A DNA stretch of 54,760 nucleotides, the filler included, from Sluysia triapertura (lineage: Eukaryota): assembly GCA_046118255.1 (NCBI GenBank). It is 4 parts of 4 records of this genome, joined end to end, with 100 filler letters (N's around TTAATTAATTAA, not from the genome) between each part and the next. Parts side by side here need not be neighbours in the genome. Positions count along the whole stretch, not along the records: positions 25,928 to 43,462 come from JBJNIA010187611.1; positions 43,563 to 54,760 come from JBJNIA010187468.1; 2 more parts are not named here. One strand, given 5' to 3'. The translations under genes and the position numbers were made by a program. Shown piece after piece: positions 40,030 through 50,397 of this stretch (its first letter is position 1; each line of letters begins with the position of its first letter). The notes beneath the pieces are model-generated. The model was given only the letters and a program-made list of their open reading frames with translations. It had not been told where the DNA came from and did not search any database.

Positions 40030-41090
40030 CTCTCCGAAGACACGTTTTACATTTCATACATTTTGTTCGTGAATTTCGGTCTCTTTCAAATGGACACATA
40101 CTATACCTAGACCATTTTCTTGGCAACTTAGATATCGAAGATGAAACTGATTTTGTAAAGCCCATAATTTCGTCTCTATGAGGAAATGTCTTCCCTTGCA
40201 ATATTAATCATTCATAGCTCTAATGTCAATCATTCGTTTTACGCTGTAAGTTCTTACCATTTTGTCCATTCTCATTTAGTTTGATTATAACTCAAAATTA
40301 TCTCTGGATTTTACGATTAAGCAGTGTACTAAGTAAAATAACAGTGCTACCTTTTCATGGAGACTGGGAGATAATAGCATCTTTTCCTGATAACCAAATA
40401 AAGTTGAATAAAAGATGCGTTTTTTGTGTTAATTTTTCGAATTGTATAAATGATAGATAATTTCTATTTTTTCGAGTATACATTTCTAATTTCTATGCTT
40501 GGGATGTCACGTTGTTGAAAATAGATCAAGATTTAATCGCGTATTTTCAGATTTACTTGGAATATACTGCCTGAAAAACACTTTCTTCGAAATGCAACTA
40601 AATGTTCATCAGCGGTCATAGATCAGTTAGTAACATAAGCATCTTGCACAAAACTGTACCTTAATTCGAGACATTATACTTTTGTGTCTTTCGGTAGCAT
40701 TATCAAATCTAATAACGCGCAGTATACTTGTAAATCTATTACAATTCATTATATCATTAATAAATTTTCTTCTATTTTTTGAGTTTCATAATTCAGATAT
40801 TTCTTCATTTTTTGATTTACATCTCCAATCAATAAATTTTTGTTATGTTTACCGGTTTCCACTTTTTTATCGCCTATTCTATTATCTTCTGCATGTAATA
40901 ATTTTCTTGTAATAATTTCTAAGTGTTTTACGAATATAAATTAAAAATGAACGTAATGCGGAATCAACTTCACGGATAAAAAATTATATAGGTCCTACTT
41001 TTAACGCATCTTCACATTGGCTTGGCAACTTCAGTGGTACTCCATATAATCATATTGTTTGTCGAAATAAATGTCAATTGTGTCTTATTT
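40030..41090 (-). mobile_element. piggyBac transposase pseudogene
   Basis: Minus-strand fragments in order: IMNCNRFTSILRVIRFDN; TADEHLVAFRRKC/FRQYIPSK; VILLST; PEIILSYNQTK; DKMVRTYSVKR; IDIRAMN; Cys-rich tail RYSMCPFERDRNSRTKCMKCKTC. Many stops and deletions. Confidence 0.9.
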
Positions 41091-41740
41091 GTTTCCACAT
41101 TAGTATTGCTGTGATTCTTCTTAATATTAAACCAACGGCAAAATAAAATTGAGCAGGGTCCGGCTATAGTAAGCGTCTTACAACTAATATTTGGCACCTC
41201 TGTAACTTATAAGTGAAAAATCTTACTTAACTTGCTTAAAAATATCACTCTTAACACGTTTAGAGGGTCTTAAAATATCACAATGAATAAAACTCAATTA
41301 AATCCGTGAAATTAAATCCGTGATTAGTGTTTTATTAATCCGTGATTAATCCGATAATTATATAAATGTTTTATTACAAGTTGAGATAGAATAAAGGACA
41401 AAAAGTGAAATGTAATGGAACGATCATATCCTCTTGGAATATTCGATCTAATGGTATATATAAATTAAATATAAAATTTCCGCTCATTATATCGGGCTCC
41501 TTAAATCAATTGATAAAAAATTGATTTTAATAAATCAAAATCACCTTAATAATAAAATAATTTATTATTTCATGGATCTGATGATAAAATTCTTTGATGA
41601 AGCTGTTGGATTGTGATCTCACTTATCCAAAAATTTTCCGAAAATGGTTGTCTAATTGAAATAATTACCAAGATACTTAAATAGCTGAATTGAATGCCTG
41701 CTATTTGAACTGACTAACTAATTAAATGGCTTAATAAAGT

Positions 41741-41996
41741 AAATGGCGATTTTCATTAAACTGATGCTAGTTTATATACTAGTCACCAGCCATTGAAAAT
41801 CGATGGAATGTTCTCTTCTATTTATAGAATCAAATTTTCTTTTTTAAAATTTCTATTTCCGTTTTTGGAAAATAAATTTCTTTTTTGGAAAATAATTTCC
41901 TTTCTGGAAAATTAATATTTTTAGGTGTTTTTTGACACATAAATAATTTTAAAACATTTTGTGAGATTTTGAAGGGTCTGGATGGCAGACCTAACA
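41741..41996 (-). mobile_element. TGTTAGG-family LTR 5' fragment
   Basis: Reverse complement TGTTAGGTCTGCCATCCAGACCCTTC...GAACATTCCATCGATTTTCAATGGCT...ATCGCCATTT, collinear with 17834-18062. Confidence 0.7.
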
Positions 41997-42984
41997 GTAT
42001 CAAGAGATACTATTTAAAAGTCAGTTTCTACATTGCATAATTTAACTTCTCCGAGCCCCTTTTTCTATTCATTCGTTTCTTTACTAAAGTAAAATAAAAG
42101 TCAATATATTATACTAAACCTTACCAATATGAAAACAAAACTTTACACATGTTATTAAATATACTGATAAATATGAACTGAACTAATTCTATGAGCAAGC
42201 AAGTGTAAGGTTTGTAGTTCCTATTTGGGGTATATCTCACTCAACTCATGCGTGATTTTATTGTTATTATATTAATATGGGCCCTAAACTCACCGAATAA
42301 CGTCAATATCCGCAGATATTTAAATTTGTTTTATCCCACTTTTATAACTTTTTGTAGCACTAAACTGTTTTATAACAGACTAATAAATGTAAATATATAA
42401 ATAAAAATTTCGCACTCAATGTGTTTAAAATAATCGAGTTCCTCTATTGAATGCATAAATAAATAATAAAATATGTAAGTAATTATTATTTATAATTTTT
42501 AAGCAACTGATATAAAAAATTAAAATATTTAAACCAATCAACTACTATATAAAAAGTTATGAAGTCAAAACAATTTTCATGTTAACAGATCACTAGAAAA
42601 CAACTAATGAAATTTACACTGGGGTTCACTGGACCCCACTGGTAGATGGAAGGTTCTTAAATCTAAACATCTAAGTACAAAGTTGATTTAATTTTTGATT
42701 GTTAAAATATATTAGAAGTGAAATTAATTATAAATTATTATCAACTAAAATTATTAGTTTTTTGTCATTTCTTTTGCCAAATTTTTATAATTTGTTATTA
42801 TTTTTTATTATTCTAATTATTTTTGTTAATATCATTACAAAAAAAGATTATATCTTTTTTATTAATATATTTATTTGTATATTTGTTTTTTCGCATTATG
42901 CTATTTTTGATTTTCGAGGTTATTTCAATATTTTATTTTTATATGACGATATTTTATTTTTCAGAATTTTCTGGAATTATTTTC

Positions 42985-43017
<33 letters not shown>

Positions 43018-43562
43018 TTCTTCAAGAAGTAGACAAAATACTTGAATGTTACAATCTGAAAATGCAGTAGAACTAATAATACGACGGTTGCATTAGTAAT
43101 AAAGCAAGAATCAGAATCTGATATAAATATTCAAAACACAATGATGTCTTTTGGTTGTATTAATTTCTCAGTGATATATTGAGCAACATAATTATTTAAA
43201 ATCAATTAAAAAATAGCTATTCCGGGTTTATCTTGATGCAGTACGAAACAGAACTAAGTGCCGATAGTAATGTTGAGAAAATAGTTGGATTATTGTATTG
43301 CTGATTCAAATGTAAAAAGCAGAAAAAGACATTCACTGTGGATTAGTGTGATTACGATTTAAATATATTAAGTATTTTTTAAATGTTTTCAAATATGTTT
43401 TAAGAGTTTTAATTACAATGAGATACGTATCTGATTGTGATTTTAATTGTAATACTATATATNNNNNNNNNNNNNNNNNNNNNNNNNNNNNNNNNNNNNN
43501 NNNNNNTTAATTAATTAANNNNNNNNNNNNNNNNNNNNNNNNNNNNNNNNNNNNNNNNNNNN

Positions 43563-44125
43563 ACCTCTTTGCGGATCATTGTTTCATTTTTATAATTTGA
43601 ATTATTAGCGTACCTTAGTTTTCCATTAGACCTAAATTTAAACTCTAAAATTTCATGATCTGAATCAATATCTGACGATGATGAAATTGCTTCATCTGCA
43701 ATTTGATTGTCAATATGTTTAATGACAGAATTTTCATTACGATATACATACCAGAAAGTATCATATAACCACGATTCATGGCAAGACACGTATGGATGTT
43801 GTGATAAAATACCAACAGCTTTAAACGCGTACAACTTTTCATCCTCACTCCAAAAATCCCGACTAGCACCAAAACTAAAATGTCCAACATCGTCTGTTTT
43901 TATAACTTCCGCTCCATCTTCATCTCCGTATTCATAAGATGATGAATGTTGAATTTTAGATATACTAATATTATTACCCATTTTGTACATGTTTTGCAAA
44001 TCCGTTACAGCTAATTTTATTTCATCATTAGTAACTTCTTCCAAAAACAATAATGACATACCGTAGATTCTACGCGCACCTAAATTTTTGTTTTGAAATC
44101 TACAAAGCAATTTTTTCATGAACAA
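43563..44125 (-). CDS. Chimeric ORF: ~155 aa unknown N-terminus fused to a Mago nashi fragment (cut by gap)
   Basis: C-terminus [32 protein letters not shown] matches Mago [31 protein letters not shown]; the conserved FYLRYYVGHKGKF that should precede it is absent. Confidence 0.75.
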
Positions 44126-44696
44126 AATTTTTTAAAGTTAAGTTTTTAAAACTGTGCTATAAAGCACATCATTAAAACACACATGAAAATGTCTATTTAA
44201 ATAATAAAAATAAAATAATAATAAAATAATAAAAATAAAATTAATAATAAAAATAATAGTAATGAAATAATAGTAAAATATATTATGAATAAAAATTCAG
44301 TAAAATAATGCAGCTTTTAGATATAAGAATAAAATGGAAATATGGCAATAAATCTATTATCAATAAATTTCTTAATAATGTTAGACTAGTCGCATAAAAC
44401 TGCCTTAGTGCGTGAAATAACTTGAATAATTTTATGTAAATGACATTTTCCTTTTGTTCAGAAATGAATATGAATCTCTTATCATAGAAATATAGTTAAT
44501 ATCGGATAAAGCAAATTATTTAACTACCAAAATTAATATGTATACTGTGATAGCAAATTGAAACGAGGCAAAATCAAAATTGATGACAATGTTTACATCA
44601 ATGTAATACGTTAGTAGGAGTCGAAACTAGTATAACTAAATGTTAACAATCAAATAAATATTAAAATGTATTAAAAGTAAAAATGAAATAAGAAAT

Positions 44697-45344
44697 CTAT
44701 GTTTTCCATATAAAAAAATTTAAATCTTTATAACTGAACGTTATACAATGATCGATTACACAAGTTCCATTAATCCAACAATCACCATCGATAATAAATA
44801 CATGCCAAGAATATCCAAAATATAAATTAAGTTTAGTTTTAATTTTCTGCGTCAATTCAAGTATATATTCGTCAGATATACCTTTTGAAAATTGAATAGC
44901 TGTATTTTTAATAAAACTATAACGATATTCTGGATCACAAGTATATTCTATTTCATGATAATCTAAGTGGTCATGTCTGCTTAAAAGAGTTTCCCTATTA
45001 ATATTATTTTCCTTTAAAAGATTGCTCGTATCAATTGCGTAATCTTTCTTAACATTTCCATATGTAGTTACATCATCAACAAATCTAACGTTATTTTCAT
45101 TAACATTCGAATCTATCGAACCAATTACACGCTTATTTGATACTTCTAATAGATCGCGTTTGGACATCTGTTCATTTCCATTCGAATCTATTGGAAGATT
45201 TACATTTTGACCTGATTTATCCTTAGTCGACACCTCTACTAACAAATCATCTTTCGAAATCTGTTCATTGGCATTCAAATCTATAGAATAGTTTTGAGCA
45301 TGATTATATGATGAGAGTGAATCGGTGAATATTTCCGGTGGCAT
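44697..45344 (-). CDS. Tegument-allergen-like (TAL) protein: EF-hand-like loops + dynein-light-chain-like domain
   Basis: Intact 215-aa ATG ORF; DLNANEQISKDDL and DSNGNEQMSKRDL fit the EF-hand loop pattern; C-terminal KIKTKLNLYFGYSWHVFIIDGDCW...FFIWKT is the DLC-like signature of flatworm TALs. Confidence 0.75.
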   Translation of the reverse strand: MPPEIFTDSLSSYNHAQNYSIDLNANEQISKDDLLVEVSTKDKSGQNVNLPIDSNGNEQMSKRDLLEVSNKRVIGSIDSNVNENNVRFVDDVTTYGNVKKDYAIDTSNLLKENNINRETLLSRHDHLDYHEIEYTCDPEYRYSFIKNTAIQFSKGISDEYILELTQKIKTKLNLYFGYSWHVFIIDGDCWINGTCVIDHCITFSYKDLNFFIWKT

Positions 45345-45636
45345 AATATTTTAATATAAACTTTAATATTTGGCGAGCAAAAACTTTTCGTAACGTAAAG
45401 TGAAACTCCTTCGTAACATAATTTATGAAATAGAATATGTACAGTGAAAATATAATAAAAGGTAGTGCCTTAGTGATGATGAAATGGCAACAAGCGTTAC
45501 ATTTAACAAAGTATTACTAAAATGATTTCAATAAAGAGATTTTATTATGCGTTTGTGATTTGTTTGTGATGAGTTTTATGTAGTCGGTGGTGATAGTGAA
45601 TGTGATGTAAGATATATGTTGAAGTGTGACACCACA

Positions 45637-46966
45637 CCATGTTTAATTTTCTGTAACCTGCGCAAAATCGAAATTTTCCATCTCTCTTTTGCACCATCGT
45701 TATTGAAGAAGCCCACAGTGAAAAACTACGACGTATTACTTTTTCTGTTTCATACTTTCAATTTGTTTAATAACTTCATCCGTAAGACTATAGGCTAATC
45801 TATACGGTTTTTGCTTTATACTCTTTTCATCAATAAGTGGTATATGGTGTTTTATAATACTTGTTCTTTCTAATAGAGTTTCATTTTTAGCAAACACTGT
45901 TTGAAATTTTATAAATAATTTTGTCAGTGTTCTGTTTTCCTCAACCGTTAAATCATCAAACTGAGTTTCCATTTAGTTAACGGACTGAATAGCATTAACA
46001 GGATTCTGAACTAATTCTACGGATGATAAAAATCCAGTTTTTGTTCCTTTTCTTTATAATACATTAGAGTTAGAGTAATTTAAAACTCTCAATGGGATAG
46101 TTTCATTATTTGTATCATTATTAATTCAATATTAATTCATTAGAAAAAATTAGTATATTATTTGTCGTTTGATACGATTTAATGGGTTCAAAAGTAAAAT
46201 ATCTTGCTAAGCATATTCTATATTAATTGGTATTAATACTTCACTCCATATAATGTGTATATTATCTATTGATTTATTATCTAATGATTGTAATTTATTT
46301 ATTGAAGGATCGAAAACTATATCTTTTAACTGAGACAATGTATTCATTCTCGCAATACATGGATAAGACAAATTTTTTGCAACCAATACATTTTGAGTAA
46401 TATTTTGTTCCCCTATAGTTATATTACAATTTAAGATCCCTACTGGTGTGATAGGATTTCCAGACATCATAATTATTTTTATATTCGTTTGCTCAATATT
46501 TCGCATTTGGTAAAGTTTAAGTTCTCAGTAATCTAAAAGAGTAGTTGACATGCCCGTATCAATTAAAGCCAACTTGCATTTATTATTTACTTGAATTGCA
46601 ATAGTTCTATTTTCAGTCAACCCATCTGAAGCATGTAACATTCTAACAAAAGGAGCAGTCACGTCATTATGTATAATTTTGGAATTCAAATTTTCTTGTT
46701 TTTTTCTGTACTATAGTGGTTTCCTGATTATAAACTGGTACTTTCTCTTTATATTTATCCATACATATTTTTGGGACTCGTGATTTATATGACTTCTCTT
46801 GATGTTTTGTTTGCTGTTTAATTTTTTTATCTATTTCTTCATCTTCACTAGTGGTTGGATATACTTTAAAATCTCTTTGATCTTGTTCCAACTTTATTAT
46901 TTTATCATGAAAATGCTTAGATACAAATGGTCTCACTAAACATGGTGTGTTGAGGGCAATAAACAA
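45637..46966 (-). mobile_element. Ty3/gypsy gag-pol remnant (aspartic protease and start of RT)
   Basis: IQVNNKCKLALIDTGMSTTLL (DTG protease site, ~46540-46600); KHHIPLIDEKSIKQKPYRL...EVIKQIESM; SLWASSITMVQKRDGKFRFCAGYRKLN (RT N-terminus), cut off at 45636 by an LTR-like end. Confidence 0.9.
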
Positions 46967-47680
46967 TTTATATTAAACAAATTATTAACATTTTTATTGT
47001 TTTTAAATCTTTTATTAAGAAAAATTAAAACGTTAAGTAAAAACAATTTAACTTTAATTTTAAGATTATCAATGAAATAGGCTTAAGGCCTGTAAAAATT
47101 AACGAATTTAAAATAGTAACAAAGTGTGATATTTAATTACAAATGAAATATAACAAGTGAAGAACGGATATAAACGAAGTCAAATATAAAACTATCGGTA
47201 CCACAAAGGACATTTCCGTTTCTATTTTTCAGAAGTATTAAAATTCGGTAGTATAAGTGGTGATGTAAACTTTATTAAACACACCGTTTCTTTGATTAAT
47301 TGTTTATTTTGCAGTAAACGATAAAGTAAAATTATACTGTTTAACAAAAGAGAAATAGCGAAAAATGTAATCATAATCGTTATACATTGTCTAGTGTTTA
47401 TAATAATATTCAAAGACTACGATAATTTTTCTTTATTGAAAAATTATTAAATGTTAAACTTTTCTTTATTCTTATTAACATAATTATTAATTATATCATT
47501 TTCAATTAAAATACACGAAAAATAGTCGAGAATTTTGTAACAACTAGTTTCAAGTGATGAATCCATCGATGTATCCAGTAAATTTCGAAAAATTTACTTT
47601 TAATAATTCGAATTAGTGTTATAATAAAACAAAGTGTAAGACGTATTATTTGTAATTGAATAATAATAAATTTCATATAT

Positions 47681-48317
47681 TCATTCAAAAATACGAATTG
47701 TCGATAGCGGATAGTTATTAATTAACATCCACTCAAGTAAAGACCAAATCATTATGAATCCACTAAATATTAATACAATAATTCCATTAAAATGATATTT
47801 ATTTATAAGATTGATTATTACATGAAAACATTCACTAATTCTATACTGATTTTTTACAACCGTGCCGAAATAATCCTGATTCCAATTTTCAAATATTAAT
47901 CTCTGTAAAACTTTAACCTTATAATTTTTGTTTCTAACATCTTTCAACCAATTTTCATCAATACCATATTCTCCTCCCAAAACACAATGATCAGATTGAT
48001 AGTACAGTTGGAGCCAAACCGGAGAAATAACATCAAATTTTATAGTTGAAAATTCTGCAACATCATACCCAAAACCATTCCAAGGAGTAACATAACCTAA
48101 TGTTATATCATCAAAATTTTCAACTAACTTGTCTTCTAAGATATCCGATTCGTTAATAAAATTTTTTTACTTCGACAAGGCAATCATCGTAATAGTTAAT
48201 CCAATGATTTTTTGACTGTTCTGTTTTTAATTTTTTGTCTGATTTTGATAATGTGCAATTCGCAGCATTAACTAAAATTGATATAATGAAAACGGATATT
48301 AAAAGCTGTAGGGTCAT
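47681..48317 (-). pseudogene. CHID1: Chitinase domain-containing protein 1 (CHID1/SI-CLP) pseudogene, N-terminal half
   Basis: MTLQLLISVFIISILVNAANCTLSKSDKK (signal + TLSKSD); after a frameshift TLGYVTPWNGFGYDVAEFSTIKFDVISPVWLQ...IDENWLKDVR...RLIFENW...KYHFNG; no intron seen. Confidence 0.85.
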
Positions 48318-48781
48318 TTTACAGGATTTAGTGTTAAATATAATTAATCAAAATAATTAAATTAAATTAGTTTCATAAATTAATTTAGTACTTGTAACAT
48401 ACGATAAATAACATGTATTGATTTCTTTATTATTAAATTATTTTTTATTTATTTATTATTAAATTATTTTTTGGCAATTATTAGATACAAAGAGAGCAAA
48501 CAAAGTACTGAATGATAGTTTGTACGTATTTAATTTGGAGTAAATTGTGTATAAATAAGTGCTCTTTGACTCTACATCAGCGTCTTTTCTTGTAATTGCT
48601 TCTTTAAGCTATTATTTTGTGACTATAATTCGTTGATTTTCATTTCCAGTTCTTTAATTCGAGCATCACTAAATTTGTTTAATTTTTCGGTATTGTCTAC
48701 TGGTAGCAGCAATATAAGATGTCGAATAATCTCTTCTATGTCGATTGTCGTTGTGATGTGATGACCTTTTAGATTATCATG

Positions 48782-49140
48782 TTAAACTTTGTTATAATTA
48801 TTCATATAAGATGAATTTCCACTTTCAATATTTTGATCATTGCTTCGGTTACATTCGCTATTAGAATCTGAACTGTCACTTCGACTTGATTCGTAACTAC
48901 TTGTACTGTGGTAATGACGGTTGCTGCTTTTGTTCGAACGGTTGTAACGATGATTAATGATGTTCTCATGACGTGAAAATTTTTGAATGAATAGATGTCT
49001 TAATGAATCAAACATAATTATTCGTTTTTGTGGATTATATTCAAGCATTTCATAGATCAAATTAAATAAATCTAATCCTTTCTGTCTTCAGGGTGAGTTA
49101 TCCATCGTCTTAATGGTTTTACTTTTGATCTGACATATTA
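48782..49140 (-). pseudogene. CLK/LAMMER kinase C-terminal fragment with Ser/Arg-rich tail
   Basis: YVRSKVKPLRRW...(frameshift) DLFNLIYEMLEYNPQKRIIMFDSLRHLF matches CLK/Doa YV...KPLRRY...LFDLI..MLEY.P..RI....L.HPF. Confidence 0.75.
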
Positions 49141-50242
49141 GAATTGTATCAATCATAAATTATACTTCAAAATAAGATTTTAAATGGATCAATGTCTCAA
49201 GAATGAAAATAATTTACCAAACAAAGCAGATAATATTCAAAAATAATAAAGTCGATCGTGATAATAGTAATTATGTTATAAACTATATTTAATACATCGA
49301 AATATGACTTCAGTTTTAAGAATCCCACACAACACCTTTTCCATCACGAAAACTATTGGATCGATTAGACAAAATTTTTGTATTGCGTTAAATTGATATC
49401 CGTTATTTTAATAACAGTGTATATTAACAATAGTAATAAGTAATGAGTTGTGTCTTGACGAAATTTTGATAATATTATTTCATTATAATAATTTTTTAGA
49501 AGTCTAAAATTGGTAAAACGATTGTTTGATAACTTGGATGGTTTTGATATAATGGACTTTCCCAAATATACTAAAATATCAGTAGCATATTTCATAATTT
49601 CTGTTTGCTAAATTATGGTTATTAATTGTATTTCGATTATATCTAATAGTTACTGCAATTTTATTTGGGATGAATAGTATGAATCGAGATCAAATATCAT
49701 GTGTAGTATTGGGGAAAAACATTGAGGAAAAAAATAGAAAGATAGATTGATAATAAGGATAAAAGGAATAATAATAATAATGATAACAATAACGTGGTTA
49801 TTATGTTTATTAATACTACCATTGTTGATGTTGATATAGAATTTATTATAAAATTTGTTATAAAAGCTATTGTAAAAGTTATTAATTGATAATCATATTA
49901 TATAACAATAATGAGAATAATTATTATATATGTTGTTTAATACGATTTGAATTGTAATAATAATAGCTGTAGTTCAAGATAATTAGATGCGATGATTATG
50001 TTTCTTTTTTGAATGAGTTTAGTAGTTTGTTTAATAATCTGTGTACACGTAAAGTGTTCTTATGTGATGAAGTGTGATGAATTTTGTGTGATTTCTCTAT
50101 AGTATGGATGCGTTCAACAGTATCGAAGAGTTGGTAACTAGGTTGTTCAAAATATATCAAAACCTATATGTTGTGATGACGGAGACATCGCTGATTGCCG
50201 AAGCTTGATTTTCCATGTTGGAAATGGTCTCTTGCATAATCA

Positions 50243-50397
50243 CGTTGGGATACTGACCTAAAGTGCCTTTTGGTAATAATGGACTATAATAATCTAAAAT
50301 TGTTAGACGGGGCTGATAGCTCATTCTAGAGTGTCGAACTGCGCAGCGAGAAATTCCAGGTTCGATCCCCGATCAGTCCATTTTATGAAGTCTAACA
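50243..50397 (+). mobile_element. tRNA-containing mini-LTR (155 bp) with a paralogous empty site
   Basis: CGTTGGGATACTGACCTAAAGTGCC...TGTTAGACGGGGCTGATAGCTC...GGTTCGATCCCCGATCAGTCCATTTTATGAAGTCTAACA; TSD ATCA/ACCA; uninterrupted flank GGTCTCTTACATAATCAGATGAACA at ~29226-29250 (-). Confidence 0.85.

Noticed and set aside
42699-43032. Hydrophobic F/I/L/Y-rich short ORFs (also 13578, 15326, 35085, 40682, 52131 and similar)
   Set aside because: Compositional artefacts of AT-rich DNA or antisense to TE remnants; no motifs.
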